A stretch of 64,000 nucleotides of DNA from Candidatus Omnitrophota bacterium (GCA_018902915.1 JAHIPS010000106.1:5504-69503); one strand, 5' to 3'. Shown: positions 29,661 through 39,918, counted from the first letter of the stretch. The notes: generated by a model not told the origin, from the letters alone. Numbers and translations: made by a program.

Positions 29661-30908
29661 AGACATGGCATCGCCAACGACGTATAAAGAGCCGGTAACT
29701 AGTATCAGATCTTCCTTGTCCGCAGCGCTAAAACTTAATTTAAGCGCCTCTTCTACGTCATTAGCTATCTCAGCCTTGGTCCTTGAAAAATTCTCTTTTA
29801 AATAAAAAGGCTCTTTTGCGCGACTATTACTAGATTTGGTTAAAATCACCAAATCACTGGTCTTGTCTAACTCCGTGCTCACGCCTTTTATATCCTTGTC
29901 TCTCGATATGCCGAATACAGATATTAATCTTTTATACCTGAAAATCTCTTTTATCGACGACAAAACCGCCTTTATGCTGGCTACATTCTGCGCCCCATCC
30001 AGGATTACATATGGCTCTTTCCTGACTACCTGTAACCTGCCAGGCCATGAGACATTTTTTAAGCCTTTTCTTATAGCCTCTTCCTTTATATTTATGTGAT
30101 TTAACATACTTACAGCAAGCGCTGCATTCTCAACCTGATGCCTTCCTATTAAATTTATCTCTAAATCTTTATCCATTTCCCTGCCAGCTTCATATAACTT
30201 AGCATTTCTTTCTCGGCATGCTTCTCTTATAACACCCATTATCTTTTCATCCTGTGGAGCAGAAAACACTATGCCTTGAGGTTTAATAATCCCTGCCTTC
30301 TCCCTGGCAATTTCTTCTAAAGAAGCGCCGAGCTTGTCAGTATGTTCCAGGCTAATACTCGTTATGCCGCAAATAAGCGGCTCTGTAACATTTGTCGCGT
30401 CAAGCCGCCCGCCAAGACCTGTTTCCAGCACAGCAAAATCTACTTTTCTTTCTTTAAAATATAAAAATGCGCAGGCTGTAAGTATTTCAAAGAACGACAA
30501 GCTGCCTAATTCGTCGCGATTTCTGAATTTCTCAGCAACAGGCCTTATTTTCTCAATTAACGCGACAAATTCTTTTATATCAATAACCCCTTCGAAACCT
30601 TCACCCTTCACCCTACACCCTTCACCTAAAATTCTAATCCTCTCCCTTACATCCAAAAGATGCGGAGAGGTATATAGCCCCACGCTATACCCTGCTTCCT
30701 TTAATATAGAAGCTATGATAGCGCAGGTTGAACCTTTGCCTTTAGACCCTGCTATATGTATTGTATTAAGTCCAAGGTGAGGATTACCTAATTCCCGCAG
30801 AAACTCATGCATCCTCTCAAGCCTAAAGCTCGATGCATAAGCGTATCTTGGTAGCTTTTCAAAATCTATAAAGGAATCGATGTAGTCGAGCGTCTTGCAA
30901 TAATCCAT
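29616..30908 (-). CDS. folC: Folylpolyglutamate/dihydrofolate synthase
   Basis: HIAGSKGKGST, YTSPHL, ETGLGGRLDATN, EKAGI, WPGR, VTGSLY. Confidence 0.95.
   Translation of the reverse strand: MDYCKTLDYIDSFIDFEKLPRYAYASSFRLERMHEFLRELGNPHLGLNTIHIAGSKGKGSTCAIIASILKEAGYSVGLYTSPHLLDVRERIRILGEGCRVKGEGFEGVIDIKEFVALIEKIRPVAEKFRNRDELGSLSFFEILTACAFLYFKERKVDFAVLETGLGGRLDATNVTEPLICGITSISLEHTDKLGASLEEIAREKAGIIKPQGIVFSAPQDEKIMGVIREACRERNAKLYEAGREMDKDLEINLIGRHQVENAALAVSMLNHINIKEEAIRKGLKNVSWPGRLQVVRKEPYVILDGAQNVASIKAVLSSIKEIFRYKRLISVFGISRDKDIKGVSTELDKTSDLVILTKSSNSRAKEPFYLKENFSRTKAEIANDVEEALKLSFSAADKEDLILVTGSLYVVGDAMSCSRLSLEHLLMFKA
30598..30625. repeat. Four tandem heptamers CCTWCAC inside folC
   Basis: ccttcac ccttcac cctacac ccttcac, encoding GEGCRVKGEG. 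Confidence 0.8.
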
Positions 30909-30934
30909 GCTACCTTTAAAGTTAAGGCAGTCTT

Positions 30935-32500
30935 TTAGTGCTTGAAGTGACGGGCGCCTGTAAAGACCATGCTTATGCCAGCCTCGTCGCAGGCCTTTAT
31001 GACATGCTCGTCGCGTATAGAGCCGCCAGGCTGGACAATGCTGGTTATGCCTGCCTTTTTCGCTTCCTGTATGGCATCCTCTTTAGGAAAGAACGCGTCA
31101 CTCGCGCATGTGGCGCCTTTGCATCGACCGTTTGATTTTCTTATGGCTATGATCATCGAGTCTACCCTCGACATCTGGCCTGCGCCAACACCGACTGTCT
31201 TGGTACCATTACATAATACTATCGCGTTCGAGCGGACATGCTTTACTATCTTCCAGCCAAAAAGTAAAGATTTCAGCTCGTCCTGTGTTGGCTTTTTCTT
31301 AGTAACCGCCTTTAAATCCTTCTCGTTGATCTCCAGGACATCCCTGTCCTGGATCAAAACCCCGCCTAGCACCTTTTTCAGATCATAATCATTTTCCACG
31401 CCTCTTAATTTACCCACCTCTATAAGCCTGAGGTTCTTCTTTTGTTTTAAAAGCTCCAGCGCATCGCTATCGTATTCCGGCGCAATAATACATTCTGTAA
31501 AATCTGCTGATAAAATTGCCTGAGCCGCAGCCTTATCAACCTTTCTATTTAATCCGACAATACTGCCAAATGCCGACACCCTGTCGCAATCCAATGCATC
31601 AAGATACGCCTTATCCAATGTCTCTCTCTGCGCTGCGCCGCAGGGATTGGTGTGTTTTATGACGCTTGCTGCCGGTTCCTTAAACTGCTTGACTATCTCA
31701 AGCGCTGCGTCAAGATCAATAATATTATTAAACGAAAGCTCCTTGCCGTGCAGCTGCCTGGCATTGCTTATACCGACGACATTCACGTTTTTATCTTTGT
31801 AAAAAGCGGCTTTCTGGTGCGGGTTCTCACCATATCTCAAGCTCTGCACCTTTCCAAAGCTTAAGCTTAAATCATCAGGAAATGCCGCATCTTTACCTTT
31901 CTCTCCATTTAACTGGGCCTTTAAATAATTGTATATCGCTGTATCGTACTTTGACGTCTTCTCAAAGACCTCGACACCCAATTCAAAATGCAATTTATCT
32001 GAAATCGAGCCATTGTTCTTTTTTAATTCTCCCAACACATCCTTGTACCTGTCCGGGCTACAGACGATCGCCACGTCCTTAAAGTTCTTTGCCGCTGAAC
32101 GCAGCATGCTTGGCCCGCCTATATCTATATTCTCAATGGCCTCTTCCTGCTTCACGCCCTCCTTGGCCACTGTCTTCTCAAATGGATAGAGGTTCACGAC
32201 CACCATATCGATCAATTCTATGTTGTGTTTTTTTACCTGCTCCATGTGATCCTTATTTTCACGGAGAGACAAAAGCCCGCCGTGGATCTTCGGGTGTAAT
32301 GTCTTTACCCTGCCGTTAAGCATCTCTGGAAAACCTGTATAGTCAGATACAGACCTTACCTTTATACCCAAACCGCTTATGAGCTTTGCGGTCCCGCCAG
32401 TGGACAATATCTCCACACCTAACTCATTCAGGCCTTTCGCGAATTCCTCCAGCCCGCTCTTGTCTGACACGCTGATAAGCGCCTTCTTTACCTTCCGCAT
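30935..32500 (-). CDS. purH: Bifunctional AICAR transformylase/IMP cyclohydrolase
   Basis: ALISVSDK, GRVKTLHP, IDIGGP, LRYGENPHQ, SDAFFP, RHFKH. Confidence 0.98.
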   Translation of the reverse strand: MRKVKKALISVSDKSGLEEFAKGLNELGVEILSTGGTAKLISGLGIKVRSVSDYTGFPEMLNGRVKTLHPKIHGGLLSLRENKDHMEQVKKHNIELIDMVVVNLYPFEKTVAKEGVKQEEAIENIDIGGPSMLRSAAKNFKDVAIVCSPDRYKDVLGELKKNNGSISDKLHFELGVEVFEKTSKYDTAIYNYLKAQLNGEKGKDAAFPDDLSLSFGKVQSLRYGENPHQKAAFYKDKNVNVVGISNARQLHGKELSFNNIIDLDAALEIVKQFKEPAASVIKHTNPCGAAQRETLDKAYLDALDCDRVSAFGSIVGLNRKVDKAAAQAILSADFTECIIAPEYDSDALELLKQKKNLRLIEVGKLRGVENDYDLKKVLGGVLIQDRDVLEINEKDLKAVTKKKPTQDELKSLLFGWKIVKHVRSNAIVLCNGTKTVGVGAGQMSRVDSMIIAIRKSNGRCKGATCASDAFFPKEDAIQEAKKAGITSIVQPGGSIRDEHVIKACDEAGISMVFTGARHFKH

Positions 32501-32511
32501 CTTTCCCTCCT

Positions 32512-33498
32512 CTATATGTTGAAACGGATGTTGATGATGTCCCCGTCTCTTACGATATACTCCTTGCCCTCAACCTTTAATACACCTCTCTCGCGCGCCT
32601 TATGCATGGAGCCGCACTTTATGAAATCCCCGTAATTCACGACCTCTGCCCTTATAAAGCCCCGCTTCATGTCAGAATGTATTTTACCTGCTGCCTCGAT
32701 TGCTGGCAAGCCGGATTTTAGATACCAGCCTTTTGTCTCTTTATCGCCTGTTGTAAAAAATGTGATGAGGTCCAGCTTTTTTGATATCAATTTCGACAGC
32801 TCTTCCCTCAAATCATGCCCGATCCCCATCTCCTTCAAAAATTTATTTCTCTCTTGAGGTTCTAATTCCAGCACCTCTGATTCTATTTTTCCACAAAAGT
32901 AAATATGTTGTATACCTAAAGACTTGGCATATTCTTCGAGAGGCCCTGTCTTATTCGAATTATCTGAAATATTTATCGCCAATATCAAGGGTTTCAAGCT
33001 TAAAAATACCATGCCGGAAAGAAACCTTATCTCGTCCTCGTCAAGTCCGGCTTTATACAAAACCTTCCCTTCTGAAAGCGTATTCTGATACCTTTCTAAT
33101 ATCTTCGACTCTCTTTCCTTGTCAGGCCTTGATTCCTTTTTTAGCCTTTCGATCCTGTTCTGTACGACCTCAAGATCTGTAACAATAATATCAGTTATAA
33201 GTTTCTCAAAATCCTTTTTGGGATCCTGACTAAAAACCGCGCCTATCACGCATATAAATAGATCTATATCCTGTAATTTCGAAAGGTCTTTTTTTGCAAA
33301 AGAAGATAGAGCGCCCAGATCTATAAAAGTAGTCTCCGGATAAGTCCTTTTCTTTGAAGAAAAAATCTCAAAAATCCCGTCAACGCGAGGATCCGCGGAT
33401 TTAAACACGCCTATGTCGCCTGATACGCCTGCCTGCAACAATACCTTTAATAGAGTGCTCTTTCCGCTCTGTGAAGGGCCAATTATACCGATCTTCAT
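32512..33498 (-). CDS. Divergent YchF-like ATPase/GTPase (DUF933/TGS C-terminus)
   Basis: GPSQSGKST; AAGKIHSDMKRGFIRAEV, EGKEYIVRDGD. Confidence 0.85.
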   Translation of the reverse strand: MKIGIIGPSQSGKSTLLKVLLQAGVSGDIGVFKSADPRVDGIFEIFSSKKRTYPETTFIDLGALSSFAKKDLSKLQDIDLFICVIGAVFSQDPKKDFEKLITDIIVTDLEVVQNRIERLKKESRPDKERESKILERYQNTLSEGKVLYKAGLDEDEIRFLSGMVFLSLKPLILAINISDNSNKTGPLEEYAKSLGIQHIYFCGKIESEVLELEPQERNKFLKEMGIGHDLREELSKLISKKLDLITFFTTGDKETKGWYLKSGLPAIEAAGKIHSDMKRGFIRAEVVNYGDFIKCGSMHKARERGVLKVEGKEYIVRDGDIINIRFNI

Positions 33499-34064
33499 GA
33501 TGTCTTAAGGTGGGATACTACTTCGAACTCCTCGCTTTCCTTGCCTTTTTTATCCTCTAATTTTATCCTTATCTTCACTGCCTTTGGCAGCACTGAATCT
33601 GAATCCCAGGTGTCGCTCCAGTCCACGCCATCGTAATACGAAAATCCTAGCTCGGAGATGTTGTCGGCCAGGATATCGCTCTGGTCCTGTGTTGAAAAAT
33701 CATAGTCAGGCTCAATATCCTCGTTGCGTAAGAGAAACTTCCGCTCTTTATCCAACCAGTATTCTATCTCTGCCGCCTCGAATACGCCTGACGAGCTTGA
33801 AACAAAAGAGACAAACTTGACTTCGTCTTTTTCTCCGATAAATCTGCAAAGCCCGTCCTCCCTTATCACTGCCTGAGAAAGCTCCATGCTTATCTTTCCT
33901 ATTGCAGCTCTAGCATTGTGGTAGCGCTCGCTTCTCGCCTCGCCTTTCTGCCAGGATTTAGAGGAACTACTGAATATCGTAAAGGTAGAGGCCACGATCA
34001 TGGCCAGTATAGCCAGGGATATAAGCATCTCTACCAGAGTAAACCCTGTTCTATCGCGTAACAT
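33495..34064 (-). CDS. Type II secretion pseudopilin GspJ/PilW-like
   Basis: GFTLVEMLI prepilin motif; WSDTWD...LPKAVKI. Confidence 0.85.
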   Translation of the reverse strand: MLRDRTGFTLVEMLISLAILAMIVASTFTIFSSSSKSWQKGEARSERYHNARAAIGKISMELSQAVIREDGLCRFIGEKDEVKFVSFVSSSSGVFEAAEIEYWLDKERKFLLRNEDIEPDYDFSTQDQSDILADNISELGFSYYDGVDWSDTWDSDSVLPKAVKIRIKLEDKKGKESEEFEVVSHLKTS

Positions 34065-34431
34065 ATGTCACGAAATCCTTTGAACGCGTCCTGTTCCGCT
34101 CAGGCCAGTTCACAGTCACTGTAATCTGCCTTATATCGTCGTCGGACTCCAGGCCTTCTAAATCAACCTCGTCTATTGCTATCTCCCATTCAAAATCTCC
34201 TTCGCTTCCTGAAAGGGGTATCTTAGGAGGGAGTTCTGTTATGGCGTCAAAACCTGATATCTTTATTTCTTCAATCTTATTCTGCGCCAAAAATGCCGCC
34301 TTAGTCACCATGCCTGCGCGATACGAAGCCCTCAGCCCAACAGGAAATATCTGCAGTATGCCTACCAGCCCGATCGCAAGCACTGCCACAGCAATGATCA
34401 GCTCTAAAAGCGAAAATCCTTTTTTATTCAT
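34051..34431 (-). CDS. Pseudopilin GspI/PilV-like
   Basis: KKGFSLLELII prepilin motif; ITVTVNW. Confidence 0.85.
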   Translation of the reverse strand: MNKKGFSLLELIIAVAVLAIGLVGILQIFPVGLRASYRAGMVTKAAFLAQNKIEEIKISGFDAITELPPKIPLSGSEGDFEWEIAIDEVDLEGLESDDDIRQITVTVNWPERNRTRSKDFVTYVTR

Positions 34432-34435
34432 TCTT

Positions 34436-35512
34436 TTACTCTATAAGTCTGGCAAGTGAAAATAGCGGCATGAACATCGAGACGACAATAAAACCCACGA
34501 CCAAACCCATCGCCACTATAAGTATAGGCTCCAGCAAAGACGTGAGCCCGCTTATTGCCACATCCACTTCTTCCTCAAAATTATCAGCGATCTGTATGAG
34601 CATCTTGTCAAGCTGGCCTGTCTCCTCGCCGATATTTATCATTTTTACGACAAGCATCGGAAAGGCCCTGCTCGCCTCCATTGGCTTGGACACGCTCTCG
34701 CCTTCTTTTATGCTATCGCGAATATGCAGGACCGCGCGGCCGACAAACTCGTTGCCCACTGTATCCTTGACCGTATCCAGCGCGCTCAATATCGGCACGC
34801 CGCTCGAAAGCAGTGTACCCAGCGTCCTGGAAAACCTGGCTACGCTGATCTGCTGCACGAGCAACCCCACCACAGGTATATGCAGCTTCACCCTATCGAT
34901 CACGTAACGCCTGTTAGCGCTTTTTATAAGAAACTTATAGAATGCCGCGAGCGCGATCGGCAAGAGCGGAATAAGATACCATGCATTTCTTACTATATCG
35001 CTTGTCGCAATAAGAAGCTTTGTGGGAAGCGGAAGCGCCTCGCCTAATTCTGAAAACATATTCGTAAATGTTGGGATCACGAATATCATGAGCATGATGA
35101 GTATCAAGACCGCCACCATCATGACAAACGCAGGATACATCAGGGCAGACTTTACCCTCTCTCTCAATTTTTGACTCTTGTCCAAAAATTCAGAGAGCCT
35201 CCTGAGTATGCCGTCAAGCATACCGCCGAGTTCGCCTGCCTTTATCATATTGATATAAAATTCGGGGAAGACCTTTGGAAAACGCGAAAGCGCTTCTGAA
35301 AATTTCGTGCCGCTCTCTACTTCATTGGCCAGATTTTGTATGACGTCTTTTAGCGCGCCTGACTCTAATTGATCACAGAGAGTCCTGAGCGCCTTTACAA
35401 GAGGCAGGCCTGCCGCAATAAGCGTGGAAAGCTGTCTCGTGAATACGACGAGGGACTTCGTGGTGACCCTTTTTTTGAAAATAAGACTTGCTAGGTGTTT
35501 GAAAAAATCCAT
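34436..35512 (-). CDS. GspF/PilC inner-membrane platform protein
   Basis: FTRQLSTLIAAGLPL, AGELGG, ALMYP, GEETGQL, LLEP. Confidence 0.93.
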   Translation of the reverse strand: MDFFKHLASLIFKKRVTTKSLVVFTRQLSTLIAAGLPLVKALRTLCDQLESGALKDVIQNLANEVESGTKFSEALSRFPKVFPEFYINMIKAGELGGMLDGILRRLSEFLDKSQKLRERVKSALMYPAFVMMVAVLILIMLMIFVIPTFTNMFSELGEALPLPTKLLIATSDIVRNAWYLIPLLPIALAAFYKFLIKSANRRYVIDRVKLHIPVVGLLVQQISVARFSRTLGTLLSSGVPILSALDTVKDTVGNEFVGRAVLHIRDSIKEGESVSKPMEASRAFPMLVVKMINIGEETGQLDKMLIQIADNFEEEVDVAISGLTSLLEPILIVAMGLVVGFIVVSMFMPLFSLARLIE

Positions 35513-35515
35513 CGG

Positions 35516-36718
35516 TCATCGCTTTATAGCTACGTCATTTGTCTCTATATAAAAACCTTCTTCAGCGTCGATTATATCAGCGGCAGCAATCCTTTCCCTG
35601 GCCTGTATTACCTCTATAGAGCCTACTAATGTCTCTCCTCTATAGACCTTAAAACTATCCATTATGCCAACGCCGTCCTGTTTGCCCACATCTATGACAA
35701 CAAAATTATGGTCCCTGTTTACAGTAACAACTCTTCCCCTCAACCCGCCTTCCAATGTCGATTCCTTTGCGATGCGCTCAAGGGACGGAGTGGTAAGCCT
35801 GGCGCTCGCCCCATAGTCATCGCTTTGCAAAACAATCGGCGGTAGCTCCACCTCTCCTGGCGCGTGATAGGCCTCGGCCCTGTACTCTCCGTCTCTCTTT
35901 CTATCCTCAAAGGCGGTCTTCCATTTGCCTATTTCGCTATCTTTGTATCTTAACTCATTTTCCAAACCTGCGATCTTAAGCCGCAGGTCCTCGCGCTCGG
36001 CAAACAACCTGTTAAATTCAGCTGAGACATCTCCCAATTCTTCTATCCTCGCCTTTAAAACACGGTTTTCTATCTTGGCGCCATCGACATCCTTTTTATT
36101 TATCGCGATCTTATCCTTTTCTCTCAACAGGTCCCTTGTCAAGACCTCTGCGACATCTGTAGAATCCTTGAGCTTCTGCGCCAGGAAATCATTCTCGTCC
36201 TTGAGCCTTGAGAGGTTGATATCTAAATCCATATTTTCTGTTTTTAATCTATTTATTTCCAGATCCTTTGGCGTATCTGAATCCTTTAATCTAGCCAGCT
36301 CTACCTCGAGCGAGGCCTTTTCTTTTAAAAGCCTCGTGACAAACATGTCTGATTCTACATCCTTCAGCTGTTTCTCCAGGAAGAATTTGCCTTTTTTGAC
36401 CCTGGCAAGTTCCCTATCCAGATCATCCCTCTCGCCTAAAAGCGCCTCGTATCTGGACCTCAAGTCTTTGCTCCTGGTCTCCAATGTAGACAATTCCCTC
36501 CCGACCACTTCCAGTTTTGATTTTAATTCTGTATTTTCCTTGTTTACGGAGGCAATTTCCCTGTTTAGACCGTCGACGGTAGTCTTGAATAAATTCTCCA
36601 AGCTCAGATAGTCAGTGTAAAGCCGCTCTTTTGCTACAAAAAACCATCCTGTACTGAAACTACTTAACACCACCAACCCTACTAGTATCCACAATATAGA
36701 CCTGAGGGTCTTATCCAT
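35516..36718 (-). CDS. Membrane-anchored long coiled-coil protein with C-terminal small beta domain (FlgT_C-like)
   Basis: N-terminal TM, ~250 aa heptad-rich region, GRVVTVNRDHNFVVIDVGKQDGV. Confidence 0.65.
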   Translation of the reverse strand: MDKTLRSILWILVGLVVLSSFSTGWFFVAKERLYTDYLSLENLFKTTVDGLNREIASVNKENTELKSKLEVVGRELSTLETRSKDLRSRYEALLGERDDLDRELARVKKGKFFLEKQLKDVESDMFVTRLLKEKASLEVELARLKDSDTPKDLEINRLKTENMDLDINLSRLKDENDFLAQKLKDSTDVAEVLTRDLLREKDKIAINKKDVDGAKIENRVLKARIEELGDVSAEFNRLFAEREDLRLKIAGLENELRYKDSEIGKWKTAFEDRKRDGEYRAEAYHAPGEVELPPIVLQSDDYGASARLTTPSLERIAKESTLEGGLRGRVVTVNRDHNFVVIDVGKQDGVGIMDSFKVYRGETLVGSIEVIQARERIAAADIIDAEEGFYIETNDVAIKR

Positions 36719-36737
36719 TACGTTATAGCTCCCTTTC

Positions 36738-39700
36738 TTAATTTATTATACCATAGATCCTGTTGCGCACAACTATAAATAATTCCTTTGGCTTTAAAAT
36801 CAGCGCTTTCAGATCCTCGAAAATAAGATAAAGGCTCGGCACTAAGAACAAAGTCAGTATTGTCGAGGACGCCATACCGCCTATAACAGTGATCGCGAGC
36901 GGCGACCAGAGATTCGATGATTCGCTCCTGTCAAACGCCATTGGCATAAGCCCGAGAATAGTCGTGGATGTCGTCATAGCGATCGGCCTGAGCCTGTCCT
37001 CGCCCGCCTCTATCAATGATTTCAATAAATTCGTTGATTTTTGCCGCCGCAAAAAGTTTATCCTGTCAACCAAAACGATCGCGTTATTTACAACAATGCC
37101 CGCGAGCATGATAGCGCCTATTATCACGCCGCGGCTTATAGGCTTGTGTGTGATCTTTAATGCAATGATTATCCCTATGACTGCCAGGGGAACCGATATC
37201 ATTATAATAAACGGCTGGGTGTATGATTCAAAAAGAGACGCGAGCACGAGGTAAACTAAAAATATGGTTATCCACAATACACCTGTTGGAAATGCCCATA
37301 GTTCCCTTTCGTTCTCTAAATTCCTTTCGTAATTACCTCCGATCCTGTAGTAATAGTCTCTTGGAAATTCCATATCTGAAAGATTGGCTCTGATTCTCTT
37401 TACTGCCGCTATAAGGGAGTATTTCGTAACCATAGCTGTTATGTGCACGACCCTCATCTTGTTCTTTCTTACTATCTCGCTAGAGCCGATCTGCGGCGTA
37501 AAATTCGCAACCTGTTCCAATAATATAGGATAGCCGTCTTCTGAAAAAAGCACGAGTTTTCTTAAATCATCCAGGCGCTCCCTGTCTTCTTTTCTCAAAC
37601 GCGACACAGTCTCTATCTCTCTTGCCTCTGTATGATATAATGTCGCGCGCAAACCCCTGATCTCGGAATGCAGGGTTTCCGATATATCCTTTGTGGTCAA
37701 GCCATACATGCCGGCTCTTTCCTTATCGACGGTAATACCCCATTCAGGCCTGCCGCTGATCCTGGACATCCTTATGTCTTCAAAGCCTTCTATTGTCCCG
37801 AGCCTTGTCGCGATTGAAACAGCCAGTTCCTTTAATATAGCGTAATCATATCCATAAAGATCCAGCACGATCTCCTTTAAACCCTTTTCCTCTATCTCTG
37901 AAAAGTATATAAACCCTCCTTTATACTTTTGCTCGACAGTCTTGGCCTGTGCGCGTATATCATCTATGATAACCTTGGTGGAGCGCTCTCTCTGAGCAAG
38001 CGCCACGAGCTTGACATACGCCTTGCTGGACCACGGCTCAACGCGCGAGGTAAATGTCTTTATCTCTGGTATCTTGGAAAGCAAAAGTTCTATCTCTTTT
38101 ACCATCTGGTCTGTTACATCCAGCTTTGCGCCCGGCTCCAGTTCTATAAATATAGTAAACCTTCCTTCCTCTGTGCCTGCCATGAATTCTCTATCGATCT
38201 TTGACCCCATTAATAGCGCAAGCACCAGTATCCCAAACGCCGCCACCACGAATAGATACCTTAACTTTAATCCAGTCCCAAGAAATCTCCTGTAATATGC
38301 CTGTATATTTAAAAATATATTCTTTTGGAATAATTTCTTTTTTGGTCTTGGCGCAGCCGGTATCTTTTTCATGCGGTCTGTGAGCATGGGGACAAGCGTC
38401 AACGCGACAAAAAGCGAAGAGAGAAGCGAATACGTTACAGTCAGCGAAAGTCCGCTCCACAACATACGCGTGGCCTTGTTTACAAAAACAAAAGGTAAAA
38501 ACACTATTATCGTGGTTATGGTGGACGCGACTATCGCAAGTCCCATTTCTGAAGCGCCGCTCACAGCCGCCTGCGTGTATTTTTCTCTCCATCCTGCTGT
38601 CCAAGGCGAAGCCTCGGACAAACCTGTCCGAGGCTTCGCCTTGAACAGGATGGCTTTTTTCTTTTTATCAATATTATCGAGCACGACGATAGAATTATCT
38701 ACGAGCATACCTATGCCCAGCGCAAGCCCGCTCAGCGTCATTACATTTATCGATATCTTATTAAAAAACATCAATATGAACGTGGCCATGACTGATATCG
38801 GGATCGTGGCAGCGATTATAGATGTGGGCCCGGCATCGCGCAAAAACAAAATCAGTATCATGACAGCCAGGATCGCACCATAGATAAGAGAAGTCTTCAC
38901 AGCGTTTATTGCCTCCTGTATTGTCTCTGCCTGGTTCAACGTGGCCTTTATAAATATCCTTTTATCCAGCTTTCTCTTCAAGCGCCTGAGTTCCTTTTGC
39001 ACGTTGGAGACAACCTTTATGGTATTGGCCGTGGATTCCTTTTGTATGTAGAGGGAAACAACTGGCTCGATATCTGTCCTCGCGTAACTAACTGGCTCTA
39101 AAAATGAATCCCTTATCCTCGCGACTTCTTTAAGCTTTATAACAGAACCCTGCGGCGTGGTAGAGACTCCGATATCTTCTATATCCTGAAGCGATTCAAA
39201 CTCGCCCATTATCCTTACAAGATATTTATTCTTCCGTCGCTCAATATCGCCTGCAAGTAGATTTAAATTATTCGCGCCCAGGGAATTTACAACATGCTCC
39301 ATTGGTATGTGATACTTGTAAAGTTTATTCTGGTCCACCTCGACCAGTATCTTGCGCTCCCTGCCGCCGTACACGTCCACATTCGCTACGCCGTTCACGC
39401 GAAGTATGTACTCCTTCATCTCCTCGTCAACTACCTTGCGCAGCATCTCAGGGGTATAGCCCTCTCCTGTTACTGCTAATAGAAGCACTGGCGTGTCAGA
39501 TTCTTTATACTGCGCTATTATTGGCTTTTCTATCTCGCGCGGGAGCTTGTCCCGGATTTTTGAAAACTTTTCTCTTACCTCGAGCGCGGCAAAATTCATA
39601 TTCGTGCCTGGCTCAAACTCGAGCCATATCCTGGACTCGCCTGCCTTTGACGTGGAATAAAGATTCTCTAAATAATTGACACTAGATACTACCTCTTCGA

Positions 39701-39902
39701 TAGGCCGCGTGACAAGCGTCTCTACCTCCTGCGGTGGCATACCTCCTCTTACAGCAACGATTATGCTTATATCACCATACACGACATTGGGCTTGAGCTC
39801 GACTGGCAGGCGCTGCAACGACACAAACCCCACCAGCACTACTCCGATGAATAGCATGAATATCGTTATCGGACGTTTGACTGAAAATTCAGACAAATTC
39901 AT
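36738..39902 (-). CDS. RND permease (AcrB/SwrC-like)
   Basis: SVKRPI, GMLVDNSIVV, GIVVNNAIVLVD, RLRPIAMTT, PLAITVIGG. Confidence 0.93.
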   Translation of the reverse strand: MNLSEFSVKRPITIFMLFIGVVLVGFVSLQRLPVELKPNVVYGDISIIVAVRGGMPPQEVETLVTRPIEEVVSSVNYLENLYSTSKAGESRIWLEFEPGTNMNFAALEVREKFSKIRDKLPREIEKPIIAQYKESDTPVLLLAVTGEGYTPEMLRKVVDEEMKEYILRVNGVANVDVYGGRERKILVEVDQNKLYKYHIPMEHVVNSLGANNLNLLAGDIERRKNKYLVRIMGEFESLQDIEDIGVSTTPQGSVIKLKEVARIRDSFLEPVSYARTDIEPVVSLYIQKESTANTIKVVSNVQKELRRLKRKLDKRIFIKATLNQAETIQEAINAVKTSLIYGAILAVMILILFLRDAGPTSIIAATIPISVMATFILMFFNKISINVMTLSGLALGIGMLVDNSIVVLDNIDKKKKAILFKAKPRTGLSEASPWTAGWREKYTQAAVSGASEMGLAIVASTITTIIVFLPFVFVNKATRMLWSGLSLTVTYSLLSSLFVALTLVPMLTDRMKKIPAAPRPKKKLFQKNIFLNIQAYYRRFLGTGLKLRYLFVVAAFGILVLALLMGSKIDREFMAGTEEGRFTIFIELEPGAKLDVTDQMVKEIELLLSKIPEIKTFTSRVEPWSSKAYVKLVALAQRERSTKVIIDDIRAQAKTVEQKYKGGFIYFSEIEEKGLKEIVLDLYGYDYAILKELAVSIATRLGTIEGFEDIRMSRISGRPEWGITVDKERAGMYGLTTKDISETLHSEIRGLRATLYHTEAREIETVSRLRKEDRERLDDLRKLVLFSEDGYPILLEQVANFTPQIGSSEIVRKNKMRVVHITAMVTKYSLIAAVKRIRANLSDMEFPRDYYYRIGGNYERNLENERELWAFPTGVLWITIFLVYLVLASLFESYTQPFIIMISVPLAVIGIIIALKITHKPISRGVIIGAIMLAGIVVNNAIVLVDRINFLRRQKSTNLLKSLIEAGEDRLRPIAMTTSTTILGLMPMAFDRSESSNLWSPLAITVIGGMASSTILTLFLVPSLYLIFEDLKALILKPKELFIVVRNRIYGIIN
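38598..38647. repeat. Degenerate pair of the 23-bp palindromic units, in frame inside the RND gene
   Basis: tgtccaaggcgaagcctcggaca-aacc-tgtccgaggcttcgccttgaaca. Confidence 0.88.
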
Positions 39903-39918
39903 AATATTCTAGTATTCT

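Noticed and set aside
32501-32511. ZTP riboswitch upstream of purH
   Set aside because: Only 11 bp of intergenic space
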